The notes below the pieces were generated by a model. That model did not search any database. It was not told where the DNA came from and was given only the letters and a program-made list of their open reading frames with translations. The translations under genes and the position numbers were made by a program. Below, one piece after another: positions 1-17,515 of a stretch of 64,000 bases of DNA (positions within the stretch are counted from its first letter, which is position 1; the number at the start of each line of letters is the position of its first letter). This DNA is from Kiritimatiellia bacterium (GTDB lineage Bacteria; Verrucomicrobiota; Kiritimatiellia; RFP12; JBMNHG01), in assembly GCA_050950285.1 (NCBI GenBank), contig JBMNHG010000008.1, positions 496,001 to 560,000 on the forward strand, in the 5' to 3' direction.

Positions 1-70
1 CCTTCTACGCGCCCCTACGGGGATCCAGCGGGCGCGCGTTGTTTTTTCAGGCGTCCAGCAGAGGGCCTTC

Positions 71-3928
<3,858 letters not shown>

Positions 3929-3958
3929 CGATTTTTCAACATCTGGATGGAGGAGCGC

Positions 3959-8161
<4,203 letters not shown>

Positions 8162-8256
8162 CCCCGCATGGCCAGGCGCAGGCTTGGCCACGCGGAATCG
8201 GCGGACGGCTTGAAGCCCTCCGGACGGGCGACGCCTCTGGAGCGCATCCCGTCCGC

Positions 8257-8299
8257 AACCCGCGCCGCGGCACCCGTGCCCGGCGCGGGTTTTGGTTTT
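8257..8299 (+). terminator. Intrinsic terminator after rpoC
   Basis: AACCCGCGCCG...CGGCGCGGGTT stem followed by TTGGTTTT. Confidence 0.7.
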
Positions 8300-8319
8300 G
8301 TCGGGGTCTTCTTCCGCCC

Positions 8320-8348
8320 TTGCGGGGCGTCTGGGAGGGTGCTATGGT
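8320..8348 (+). promoter_or_regulatory. Putative sigma70 promoter for the ketosynthase gene
   Basis: TTGCGG-17 nt-TATGGT with extended TG. Confidence 0.4.
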
Positions 8349-8408
8349 TGTCGGGAACATGGTACGGATGCGGCACATCTTCTTTCGCCCGCCCTCTGGA
8401 GGCCTTCG

Positions 8409-9806
8409 ATGAGCGACGGCGTCGCGATCGTCGGCATGGCCTGCCGTTTCGCCGGTTCGGCGGACGTGGACGCCTTCTGGCGGAACGTCCTTTCCTGCGA
8501 GCGCTTCTTCGACGATCCTCCGGAAGCCGACGCCTCGCGATGGCGGGACCCGGACGCCTCTCTCTTCGAACGCGTGCCGACGCTTCGGGCCGGCTACCTG
8601 GGCGACCTGTGGTACATCGACCGCTCCTCCCATCCCGCGCGGAGGGACGTGCGCGGGATCGATCCCGCGCAGCTGCTCGCCGTCGATCTGGCCGCCCGGG
8701 CCCTGCAGGACGCCGGATCGGCCGATCGCGCCCCCTGCCGGGAACGGGCCTCCGTGTACGTCGGCCATTCGCCGGGCCTGAACGCGGGAAACGTGGGCTG
8801 GATGCAGCTGGGGCTCGGACTGGACCAGACCATCGACCTCGTGCGGCAGTGTCTTCCGCAGGCGACGCCGCAGGCCCTCGCCTCGCTGCGGCAGGCCTTG
8901 CGCGCGGCGCTCCCCGAATTCGACCTTCGCACGGCCGCCTCGCTTCTTCCGGACGCCCTCACCGCGCGGATCGCCACGCGCTTGGATTTCCACGGCGCCC
9001 ACCACACCCTCGATGCGGGCGCCTCCTCGGCATTGCTCGCCCTCCGCGCCGGATGCGACGACCTGCTTGCGGGCCGCGCCGACATGGCGCTCGCGGGGGC
9101 CGTGCAAGGCGCGATCTCCCCGCAATCCCTCATGCCGTACGCCCGGCTGGGCCTGCTGTCCCGCCAGCCCGCCCCGCTCCCCTTCGGGCAGGACGCGGCA
9201 GGCACGCTGTTCGGCGAAGGCGGGGCGCTGTTCGTGCTCAAGCGCGTCGAAGAGGCCATGGACGAAGGCGACCGCATCTACGCGGTGCTTCGCGGCTTCG
9301 GCGTGGCATGCGAGGGCCGCGGCTTCACGTTGCGCGGCGGACCGGACGAGAAAAGCCACCTGCGGGCCCTCGAACGCGCCTACGCGGCGGCCGGCAGCCG
9401 TCCCGACGCAGGCTTCATCGAGGCGCACGGATGCGGCATCCCGGCCTGGGACCGCGCGGAGTTCCGGGCGCTGGACAGCCTGTTCGGACCGAGCAAGGGA
9501 GGATGGCCGGAGGTCGCACTGGGCGCATTGAAGGGGCAGTTCGGCCACACGGGCGTGGCGGCGGGCGCGGCGGGGGTGGTCAAGGCCGCCCTGGGACTCC
9601 ATCATCAGATTCTGCCGCCGTCGCCCGACAACGGCGACCCTCCGGTCTCCCTGCGCATGGCGGAATCGACCTTCTACATCGCCACCGAGGCCCGTCCGTG
9701 GGTCCACCACAGCCTGCGCCCGCGCCGCGCGGGCGTAAGCACCATCGGCTTCAACGGGCTTCATGCGCACGTCGTGCTCGAGGAAGCCGTCCCAAGCCTC
9801 GGATAG
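8409..9806 (+). CDS. Stand-alone type I PKS/PUFA-synthase-like ketosynthase domain protein, catalytic Cys replaced by Ala
   Basis: VAIVGMACRF start, DPAQLL, GEGGALFVLKR, EAHG, KGQFGH, PRRAGVS..GF.G..AHVVLEE. Active site reads DAGASS instead of DxACSS. GGAGG RBS before ATG 8409. Confidence 0.85.
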   Translation: MSDGVAIVGMACRFAGSADVDAFWRNVLSCERFFDDPPEADASRWRDPDASLFERVPTLRAGYLGDLWYIDRSSHPARRDVRGIDPAQLLAVDLAARALQDAGSADRAPCRERASVYVGHSPGLNAGNVGWMQLGLGLDQTIDLVRQCLPQATPQALASLRQALRAALPEFDLRTAASLLPDALTARIATRLDFHGAHHTLDAGASSALLALRAGCDDLLAGRADMALAGAVQGAISPQSLMPYARLGLLSRQPAPLPFGQDAAGTLFGEGGALFVLKRVEEAMDEGDRIYAVLRGFGVACEGRGFTLRGGPDEKSHLRALERAYAAAGSRPDAGFIEAHGCGIPAWDRAEFRALDSLFGPSKGGWPEVALGALKGQFGHTGVAAGAAGVVKAALGLHHQILPPSPDNGDPPVSLRMAESTFYIATEARPWVHHSLRPRRAGVSTIGFNGLHAHVVLEEAVPSLG

Positions 9807-9836
9807 ACCCTCGCCCCGGAGAAAAGGGGAAAGCCG

Positions 9837-9877
9837 AAAAAAACGGCGCGCCGCGAAAAAAGCGGCACGCCGTTTTT
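9837..9877. terminator. Bidirectional terminator between convergent ketosynthase and pnp
   Basis: A7-CGGCGCGCCGC-loop-GCGGCACGCCG-T5 hairpin with A and T tracts on either side. Confidence 0.7.
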
Positions 9878-9907
9878 GCCTTCTGCCAGGGGAGGGCGAG
9901 GGACGGG

Positions 9908-12046
9908 CTACTGCGCGTCCCCGGCTTCGGCGGCGGCCTGCCGGTCGCGCTCGCGCATGGCCTCGCGGCGGGAGAGCTTGATCTTGCCGCGGTCGTCCAC
10001 GCCGATGCACTTCACCCACATCCGGTCGCCCTCCTTGCAGACGGCCTCCACGGAGGGGACGCGCGAGTCGGAGAGCTCGGAGATGTGGCAGAGGCCGTCG
10101 ATGCCGGGGAGGATCTCGACGAAGGCGCCGAAGGCCTTCACGCCGGTGACCCTGCCCTCGTAGATCATGCCCTCCTCGGGCTCGGCGCAGGAGCGGTTGA
10201 TCTCGCGGATGGCGGCGTCCATCGCCTCCTTCGAAGTGGCGAAGACGAACACCTTGCCGGAGTCGTCCTCGGCGATGTCGATCTGCGCGCCGGTAAGGGC
10301 GCAGATGCCGCGGATGTTCTTGCCGCCGGGGCCGATGAGGGCGCCGATCTTCTCGGGGTTGACCTGGACGGTCTGGATGCGCGGCGCGGTCGGAGCAAGC
10401 TCGGCGCGCGGGGCGGGCAGAACCGTCTCCATGTAGTCGAGGATCTGGATGCGGGCGACGCGGTCGCGCTCGAGGGCCTGCTCCACCAGATCCCAGGTGA
10501 GACCGCGGATCTTGAGATCCACCTGGAAGCCGGTGATGCCGTCGCGGGTGCCGCCGATCTTGAAGTCCATGTCGCCGCAGTGGTCCTCGGCGCCGAGGAT
10601 GTCGGTCACGAGGACCGCCTTCGACCCGTCCTTCGCGGTGAAGAGGCCGCAGGAGATGCCGGCGACGGGCTTCTTGATGGGCACGCCGGCGTCCATGAGC
10701 GCGAGGGTGCCCACGCAGATGGAAGCCATCGACGAGGAGCCGTTCGACCCCATGATCTCGGAGACGAGCCGGATGGTGTAGTCGTAGTTCTCGGGGATGA
10801 CGGGCAGGAGGGCGCGCTCGGCGAGGGCGCCGTGGCCGATCTCGCGGCGGCCGGTGCTGCCGAGGCGGCCGACTTCCCCCGTGCAGTAGGGCGGGAAGTT
10901 GTAGTGGAGGTAGAACCTCTTCTCGAGCGGGCCGCCGGTGACGGCGTCGAGTTCCTGGGAGTCTTTCGAGGTGCCGAGGGTGACGACGCCGAGGGACTGC
11001 GTCTCGCCGCGGGAGAAGAGGGCGGAGCCGTGGACGCGCGGGAGCACGCCGACCCGGCCGACCAGCGGGCGGACCTCGTCGAAGCCGCGCCCGTCGATGC
11101 GCCTGCCGTGTTCGAGGACGTTCTTGCGGACGGTCTCGATCTCGAGGGCGTCGGCCATGGCGCGGAACTCTTCGGCGGTGGTCTCCGGGAAGGTCTTGGC
11201 GATCTCCTCCTGGATCTTCGCAAAGACGCCCGAGACCGCCTCCTGGCGGGCGAGCTTGCCGGGGATGGTGAGGGCTTCGGCCAGTTCGGCGCCGGCGAAG
11301 GCGCGGGCGGCGTCGAGCAGGTCGCGGCGGCAGTTGTCGCCATCCACGATGTTCTTCGGGGCCTTGCCGAGCTTGGCGCGGAGCTCGTCCTGGATGGCGA
11401 CGATCTTCGCCACCGTCTCCTGGCCGAACTTGAGCGCGGCGAGGAAGTCGGCCTCGGGAATCTCCTTGGCGCCGCCTTCCATCATGAGGAAGCGGTCGCG
11501 GGTGCCGGAGTAGAGAAGGTCGAGATCGCTTTCCTGGCGCTCTTGCTGGGTGGGGTTGACGATGAACCTGCCGTTCACGCGGCCCACGCGCACGGCGCCG
11601 ATCGGGCCCATGAAGGGAATCTCGCTGATGTGGAGCGCCGCGGAGGCGGCGATCACGGAGAGGAAGTCCGGCTCGTGCACGCCGTCGGCGGCGAAAAGGG
11701 TGTTGTTCACCTGCACGTCGTTGCGGTAGCCGTCGGGAAAGAGCGGGCGGATGGGACGGTCGGTGAGGCGCGCGGTGAGAACCTCCTTCTCGGAGGGCTT
11801 GGCCTCGCGCTTGAAGAAGCCGCCGGGCATGCGGCCGCAGGCGTAGAATCGCTCGCGGTATTCGACCTGCAGCGGGAAGTAGTCGATGCCTTCGCGCGGG
11901 GTGGCGGTGCAGGTGACGGCGGAGAAGACGACGTTCTCGCCGAGGGTGACGGTGACGGACCCTTCCGCCTGGCGGGCGAGGAGTCCGGTCTCGATCACGA
12001 GGGTCTGTCCACCGACTTCGGTGGAGACTTGGATGGTGCCTTCCAT
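9908..12046 (-). CDS. pnp: Polyribonucleotide nucleotidyltransferase (PNPase)
   Basis: [28 protein letters not shown] motifs, C-terminal KH and S1 domains; downstream of rpsO. Confidence 0.98.
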   Translation of the reverse strand: MEGTIQVSTEVGGQTLVIETGLLARQAEGSVTVTLGENVVFSAVTCTATPREGIDYFPLQVEYRERFYACGRMPGGFFKREAKPSEKEVLTARLTDRPIRPLFPDGYRNDVQVNNTLFAADGVHEPDFLSVIAASAALHISEIPFMGPIGAVRVGRVNGRFIVNPTQQERQESDLDLLYSGTRDRFLMMEGGAKEIPEADFLAALKFGQETVAKIVAIQDELRAKLGKAPKNIVDGDNCRRDLLDAARAFAGAELAEALTIPGKLARQEAVSGVFAKIQEEIAKTFPETTAEEFRAMADALEIETVRKNVLEHGRRIDGRGFDEVRPLVGRVGVLPRVHGSALFSRGETQSLGVVTLGTSKDSQELDAVTGGPLEKRFYLHYNFPPYCTGEVGRLGSTGRREIGHGALAERALLPVIPENYDYTIRLVSEIMGSNGSSSMASICVGTLALMDAGVPIKKPVAGISCGLFTAKDGSKAVLVTDILGAEDHCGDMDFKIGGTRDGITGFQVDLKIRGLTWDLVEQALERDRVARIQILDYMETVLPAPRAELAPTAPRIQTVQVNPEKIGALIGPGGKNIRGICALTGAQIDIAEDDSGKVFVFATSKEAMDAAIREINRSCAEPEEGMIYEGRVTGVKAFGAFVEILPGIDGLCHISELSDSRVPSVEAVCKEGDRMWVKCIGVDDRGKIKLSRREAMRERDRQAAAEAGDAQ

Positions 12047-12188
12047 GATGGGCTTGCCTTTCTGTTTCTACCTTGTTGTATCCGTAAATCCGTAAAGCGG
12101 CGATGCGCCCGGAGGGAATGCACCCCGGGGGAAATCCGGCCGCCCGGGGCCGGTCCAGGCCGTGCGCGCGGACGCATCCATGTCCAGG

Positions 12189-12231
12189 AACAGAAGAAAG
12201 CCCGCCTGCGGGAGGTCCCCGGTGGGCGGGC
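12189..12231 (-). terminator. Hairpin/terminator between rpsO and pnp
   Basis: GCCCGCC/GGCGGGC stem followed on the minus strand by TTTCTTCTGTT. Confidence 0.5.
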
Positions 12232-12248
12232 GCAAATCGGGAGCCGGG

Positions 12249-12512
12249 CTAGCGACGGATGCCGAGCTGCTTGATCAAACTCTGGTAGCGCGGCTCGTCC
12301 TTGCGCTTGAGGTAGTCCAGCAGCTTCCTGCGGGAGCTGACCATGCGGATCAGCCCATAGCGGGAGCTGTGGTCTTTCTTGTTGGCCTTAAGATGCTCGG
12401 TGAGCGTCTCGATCTTCTTGGTCAAGACGGCGATCTGGACTTCGCTGGAACCGGTGTCCGTCTCGTGACGCTGGAACGGCTGACGGGCCGCCTGTTTGTC
12501 AATCTGGCTCAT
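12249..12512 (-). CDS. rpsO: 30S ribosomal protein S15
   Basis: 87 aa from ATG 12512: [36 protein letters not shown]; rpsO-pnp order. Confidence 0.97.
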   Translation of the reverse strand: MSQIDKQAARQPFQRHETDTGSSEVQIAVLTKKIETLTEHLKANKKDHSSRYGLIRMVSSRRKLLDYLKRKDEPRYQSLIKQLGIRR

Positions 12513-12674
12513 TTCGCTCGGAATCCTCAGTTCTCGATGGAACGTTCTCTTGTCCTGGTTTTTCGATGTAAGCGACAACGATAGCCGAAAACCGGGGGGA
12601 AAGTAAAGCCAAAACGGCGTGCCCCGTTTGTCGAAACGAGGGCCGGAAAACAATCGGATACCGACGCTTGACGG

Positions 12675-12834
12675 CGCTACTAACTCGGCCACAATTCATA
12701 CTGTAAAACAGGGGAACGGGTTTTCCAACCCGTGACACGGACAGGAATGTCCATGCCCCTTTCCCAACTCCAAATTCCAGCTCCCAATGCCTGAATCTCC
12801 GTGAGCAACGCTATTTGTGGCCGGGTTAGTAGCG
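12675..12834. mobile_element. Putative MITE / short element with 20-bp terminal inverted repeats
   Basis: CGCTACTAACTCGGCCACAA (12675-12694) and TTGTGGCCGGGTTAGTAGCG (12815-12834) match 19/20 as an inverted repeat; non-coding interior. Confidence 0.5.
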
Positions 12835-12948
12835 AATCAATCGAGGCTGGGCGGCAAGCGCTCCGAGGCCAACCCCGTCGATTGGCCGATTGCCGCCCTA
12901 TGACAAATTGGTGTTACGTCGGCGTCTTGGTGGTGCTATTATAGCGAC

Positions 12949-13656
12949 ATGTTTCCTGCCCAACCCAACCGAAGCCTGATTGACGGCCTGCTGGTCCTCC
13001 AGCAGTTGGCCGCCGCGGCGAAGCCCGTCGGCACGCGACAGCTTGCGCGCGATCTCGGGCTCGATCCGACGCGCGTCAACCGTCTCGCGAAGACGCTCGC
13101 CGCCCTCGGCTTCCTCCGCCAGACGCCCGAGCGCAAATACGCCGTCGGCCCGGGGATCCACGTTCTCGCCGCGCAGAGCCTCCACGCTTCCGGGCTGCTC
13201 CGCGTCGCCCTGCCCGTCCTCGAAGAACTCCACGACGCCGGTTTCGTCGTGGCTCTGGGCGTTCTCTGGCGGCAACATGTCTGCTACCTCTACCATGGCC
13301 GGCGCGGCATGGCCGCGGCGGAGGCGGTCGGCACCACCGGCCTCTATCCCGCCGCCAGCTCCGGCATCGGCCATGCGTTGCTCGCCGCGCTTGACGACGC
13401 GGAGATCGCGGCGCGCTGCCCCGACGCCCCCGATGCGTTCCTGCCGTCGCTCGCCCGCGTGCGCCGTGACGGCTTCGCCTATGTCGTCCGCAGCCGCCAG
13501 CCGCTCGAAGCCACGCTGGCCGTCCCCGTGGGGAGCCCTCCCTACGCCGCCATCGCGCTCGCCGGCGCCCTTGACGCCGACGCCGTCCCCCATTTGCGAG
13601 CCCGGCTTCAAGCCGCCGCCCGCCTCATCGAAACCAACAATCCGCAAGGAATCTGA
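12949..13656 (+). CDS. IclR-family transcriptional regulator
   Basis: NRSLIDGLLVL, HTH (LARDLGLDPTRVNRLAKTL), SSGIGHALLA, VRRDGFA effector-domain motifs. Confidence 0.85.
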   Translation: MFPAQPNRSLIDGLLVLQQLAAAAKPVGTRQLARDLGLDPTRVNRLAKTLAALGFLRQTPERKYAVGPGIHVLAAQSLHASGLLRVALPVLEELHDAGFVVALGVLWRQHVCYLYHGRRGMAAAEAVGTTGLYPAASSGIGHALLAALDDAEIAARCPDAPDAFLPSLARVRRDGFAYVVRSRQPLEATLAVPVGSPPYAAIALAGALDADAVPHLRARLQAAARLIETNNPQGI

Positions 13657-13658
13657 CC

Positions 13659-15050
13659 ATGGAAAAGCAAGCCATCCCGCACCACAACATTTCCGGCGTC
13701 ATGCCGCATCTGGCCGTGAAGGCCGGGCACCACCCCCAGCGCACCGAGACCGGCATCGGCGCCCTCATGCCCTGGGCCGACCGCCTCTGGTTCGTCACCT
13801 ACGTGGCGCACAAGGGGCACTCCGGCTCCGGCACCGGGCTTTTCAGCATCGACGACGGCATGAACCTGACCCAGCATCCGGAGTCGGTCGTCGGCACCTA
13901 CGCCAACCGCATGATCCACCGCGAGAGCCACCAGCTCTTCATCGGCCCCCACGTGATCGACGTCGAGGGCGGGATCCGCACCATCGAGCCGCTTGTGGAC
14001 ACCCGCATCACCGCCACCTGCCGCCATCTCGCGGATCCCGGGAACAAGGTCTACATGGTCGGCATGGAGGGCGAGTTCGCCGAGGTCGACGTCCATACGC
14101 TCGAGGTGAAGATCCTGGCCGACCTCAAGCAGGAGCTGGCGATGGGCGAGCGCTGCCGTCCGCATTTCAAGGACGCTTACACCGCGCATGGCCGCGTCGT
14201 CGTCGCCAACAACAGCTACTACGCCGCGGACTTCCTCCGCGGCCACAGCGACGGCCGCCTGGCCGAGTGGGACGGCAAGGCCTGGACGGTGCTGGAGCGC
14301 ACGCAGTTCAACACGACGGCGGGCCGCCTGGCCGGCGACATGGGCGAGGCGATCTACGCCGTCGGCCAGGATCGCGCCTCGGCGCTGCTCAAGGTCTTCC
14401 TCCCCTCGACCGGCTGGCGCAACTACCGCCTCCCCAAGGCGACGCACACGCAGGATCACGCCTGGACGACCGAGTGGCCGCGCATCCGCGAAATCGAGAG
14501 CGAGCGCTGGATGGTCAACGCCAGCGGCCTCTTCTACGAACTGCCCTCGATGACCTACGCGGATTCCGTCTGGGGGCTGCGCCCCGTCTGCACGCACCTG
14601 CGCATCATCGGCGACTACTGCTCGTGGAACGGCCTGCTCGTCATGGCGGGCGACCAGACGACGCCGATCAACGAATCCAACGCCTACGTCGGCCAGCCGC
14701 AGGCCAACCTCTGGTTCGGCAAGTCGGACGACCTCTGGCAGTGGGGCAAGCCGACCGGCTGGGGCGGCCCCTGGTGGGAGACGCCGGTGAAGGCCGGCGA
14801 GCCCAGCGATCCGTTCCTGATGACCGGCTTCGAGCACAAGTGCCTCCACCTCCGCCACGACGGCGGCGACGGAGTCCAGGTGGCCGTGCAGGTCGATTTC
14901 ATGGGGCAGGGGCAGTGGGTGGACTACGAGCCCCTGACGCTCAGGAACGGCTACGCCTGCCACGTCTTCCCGACCGGCTTCAGCGCCCACTGGGTGCGCG
15001 TCGTCGCCGACCGCGCCGGCGTCGCCACCGCGCAGTTCGCCTATACGTGA
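13659..15050 (+). CDS. Conserved-looking hypothetical protein (Trp-rich, probably beta-rich enzyme)
   Basis: 463-aa ORF with strong codon bias and AAGGA RBS, 2 nt after the iclR stop; no function recognised. Confidence 0.75.
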   Translation: MEKQAIPHHNISGVMPHLAVKAGHHPQRTETGIGALMPWADRLWFVTYVAHKGHSGSGTGLFSIDDGMNLTQHPESVVGTYANRMIHRESHQLFIGPHVIDVEGGIRTIEPLVDTRITATCRHLADPGNKVYMVGMEGEFAEVDVHTLEVKILADLKQELAMGERCRPHFKDAYTAHGRVVVANNSYYAADFLRGHSDGRLAEWDGKAWTVLERTQFNTTAGRLAGDMGEAIYAVGQDRASALLKVFLPSTGWRNYRLPKATHTQDHAWTTEWPRIREIESERWMVNASGLFYELPSMTYADSVWGLRPVCTHLRIIGDYCSWNGLLVMAGDQTTPINESNAYVGQPQANLWFGKSDDLWQWGKPTGWGGPWWETPVKAGEPSDPFLMTGFEHKCLHLRHDGGDGVQVAVQVDFMGQGQWVDYEPLTLRNGYACHVFPTGFSAHWVRVVADRAGVATAQFAYT

Positions 15051-15086
15051 GGCGTTGCCTGCTCCCGCCTGTGCATCGGCGTTTTT

Positions 15087-15116
15087 TTGACAAGCATGTT
15101 GCTCGTATGATATGAT
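15087..15116 (+). promoter_or_regulatory. Sigma70 promoter for the glycine-rich protein operon
   Basis: TTGACA-18 nt-TATGAT with extended TG. Confidence 0.6.
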
Positions 15117-15186
15117 TTGCGGCAGCAAACACAACCATTGGTTTTTCGCGCATTTGGGCACTCTGGCAAGAGGAAGGAATCATGCC

Positions 15187-17505
15187 ATGGAAACAATGAA
15201 TACGATGAAACGAATGCTGATCTTGTGTGTTGCGGGTGCTTCAGGCCTCGCTTCTGCCGTCAACGTTGTCGGTGATGCGAACGCCAAGACGACCTATCTG
15301 AAGGAAAAGACGGTCATTACCGTGACGCAAGACGGTACGCTGACTGTGACGGAGCCGGGCGAGATCGAGGTGCTGCTCGTCGGCGGCGGTGGCGGCGGCG
15401 GCCAAGGCGTGGACAATGGCGGATTCTCTCCGGGTGCGGGCGGCGGTGGCGGCGGCGTCATTCACATGCAAAGCTTGTCCGTTGTCGCGGGGGACTACCC
15501 CATTGTCATTGGTGCAGGCGGTGCCGTCAATACGAGTGCGCGCCCGCTTGGCGGAGACACGACGGCCTTCGGCTTGACTGCGAAAGGCGGCGGATGCGGT
15601 GCAAAGGGGGCGGCCTTCACCCCGGGTGCGGATGGCGCCTCGGGGGGTGGTGGCACGATGGGGTGGAGTTCGACGCAGAACCCCAAAAAGGCAATCTACA
15701 CTGCCGCTCCGCACGAGAACCTTGGGCATGATGGCGGCGCGCCGGTCGACTTTTACACGCCTGGCGGCGGTGGCGGCGCGGGCACGGCTGCCTCGGGTTC
15801 CACGGGCGGAGAGGGGTATGTCTGCACTATCACAGGCGTGCAGACGTACTATGCCGGTGGCGGAAGAGCAGCAGCCGGAAAGGGCAGCGCCGCGGACAAT
15901 GGTTACGGCGGTGGCGGCGCCGGAGACAAGACGGGGCATGCCGGTGTCGTCATCGTCTCGTTTGTGCGCTCGCCGGGCGCTTGCAGCCAGGACTTTTCGC
16001 TTTCGGGCGGGGACAAGCGCTACTTTCACCCTGAAAGCACGGCGGTTGCCTTTACCAACAACGGCACGTTGACGGTCGCCGGAAGCGGCACGCTGGAGGT
16101 CCTGTTGGTCGGCGGCGGCGGCGGCGGCGGCGACAAGAAAGACGAAAATCAATCCGGGGCCGGTGGCGGAGCGGGTGGCGTGGTGCATTTGAAAAACTTC
16201 CCGGTGACGGCGGGAACGTATGCGGTGACGATCGGCGCCGGTGGCGAGGTCGGTGCGAACGGCGGCAACACGGTCGCGCTCGGGTTCACGGCGCATGGCG
16301 GCGGCTATGGCGCTGGCGGGAAAACAAAAGTCGGTGCAGGCGGATCAGGCGGTTGCGGCGGCGGCGCGACGACATACTATCAAGGCCCCACAAAGAATGG
16401 CGGCGCGGCGATTCATGCTGCCGATGGGAACATCGGCTTTCCCGGCGGATCCGCAGAGACCTACATTCGCCCGGGCGGCGGCGGCGGTGCCGGCGGCCCC
16501 GGTGGCGATGGCGCGGGCACAACCAAAGGCGGTTGCGGCGGCGCGGGCTACGTCTGCGACATCACGGGCCAGGCGGAGCATTATGCCGGCGGCGGCGGCG
16601 GATACTACTGGGGAGGGGCGGCCGGCGGCCTGGGGGGCGGCGGCGAAGGAGGCGTCAAGGGCGTCGACGGCCTTGGCGGTGGCGGCGGTTCGAACGCCAA
16701 GGGCGGCAGCGGCGTCGTGATCCTCCGCTATGCGAAGAAGGCGTATGTGGAGTCGTTCGATGACGCAACGGGCGGCGAGTTGAGTTCCTTCGCGCGTGAC
16801 GGCAAGTTGTATCGTGTTCACACGTTCACGGAAAACGGGCAGTTCGTCTTGCCCCGTGCCGGCAGGGTCGAGATCTTGCTTGTCGGCGGCGGCGGCGGTG
16901 GCGGCGCGCCTTCGGGAAATACGGCGTACGCCTCTGGCGGCGGCGGTGGCGGCGGCGGCGTCGTCCACCAGGAGACTCTTGTCCTGGAGGCCGGAACGCA
17001 TGACATTGCCGTTGGATCGGGCGGAGAGATCAACACGGGCTCGGCCGTTCTTGGCGGAGGAGACACGACGGCCTTCGGCTTCACTGCGAAAGGCGGCGGA
17101 TGCGGCGCCAAGGGCGAGGCGTTCACGCCTGCTCGCGATGGCGCATCGGGCGGCGGCGGGTCGAAGGGCTGGAGCTCGGAGAGGAGCCCTGGCTTGGCGA
17201 TCTACAAGGCGGCCCCGTATGAGAACCTCGGCAACGATGGCGGCGCAGCCGAAAACATCTACAAGCCGGGCGGCGGCGGCGGCGCCGGAGCGCCGGCCAC
17301 CGGCGTCAACGGCGGCGACGGCTACGCTTGCGGCATCGCGGGCATGGACGTTCATTATGCCGGCGGTGGCGGTGGATCGGGCGCCAATGGTCTCGGTTTT
17401 GACAATTATGGCGGCGGCGGACGTTCCGGCATGAAAGGCCAGGATGGCGTTGTGATCGTGTGCCATGAGATGCAGAGCGCAGGATTTCTGATCCTCGTGA
17501 AGTAG
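15187..17505 (+). CDS. Secreted protein with three glycine-rich domains
   Basis: Signal peptide (MKRMLILCVAGASGLASA). Three repeats that start E(V/I)LLVGGGGGGG and end G..GVVI. C-terminus SAGFLILVK. Confidence 0.85.
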   Translation: METMNTMKRMLILCVAGASGLASAVNVVGDANAKTTYLKEKTVITVTQDGTLTVTEPGEIEVLLVGGGGGGGQGVDNGGFSPGAGGGGGGVIHMQSLSVVAGDYPIVIGAGGAVNTSARPLGGDTTAFGLTAKGGGCGAKGAAFTPGADGASGGGGTMGWSSTQNPKKAIYTAAPHENLGHDGGAPVDFYTPGGGGGAGTAASGSTGGEGYVCTITGVQTYYAGGGRAAAGKGSAADNGYGGGGAGDKTGHAGVVIVSFVRSPGACSQDFSLSGGDKRYFHPESTAVAFTNNGTLTVAGSGTLEVLLVGGGGGGGDKKDENQSGAGGGAGGVVHLKNFPVTAGTYAVTIGAGGEVGANGGNTVALGFTAHGGGYGAGGKTKVGAGGSGGCGGGATTYYQGPTKNGGAAIHAADGNIGFPGGSAETYIRPGGGGGAGGPGGDGAGTTKGGCGGAGYVCDITGQAEHYAGGGGGYYWGGAAGGLGGGGEGGVKGVDGLGGGGGSNAKGGSGVVILRYAKKAYVESFDDATGGELSSFARDGKLYRVHTFTENGQFVLPRAGRVEILLVGGGGGGGAPSGNTAYASGGGGGGGGVVHQETLVLEAGTHDIAVGSGGEINTGSAVLGGGDTTAFGFTAKGGGCGAKGEAFTPARDGASGGGGSKGWSSERSPGLAIYKAAPYENLGNDGGAAENIYKPGGGGGAGAPATGVNGGDGYACGIAGMDVHYAGGGGGSGANGLGFDNYGGGGRSGMKGQDGVVIVCHEMQSAGFLILVK

Positions 17506-17515
17506 AGAGACCCCC

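Noticed and set aside
8168..12274. 1368-aa plus-strand ORF across the ketosynthase and pnp
   Set aside because: Off-frame/antisense shadow of real genes.
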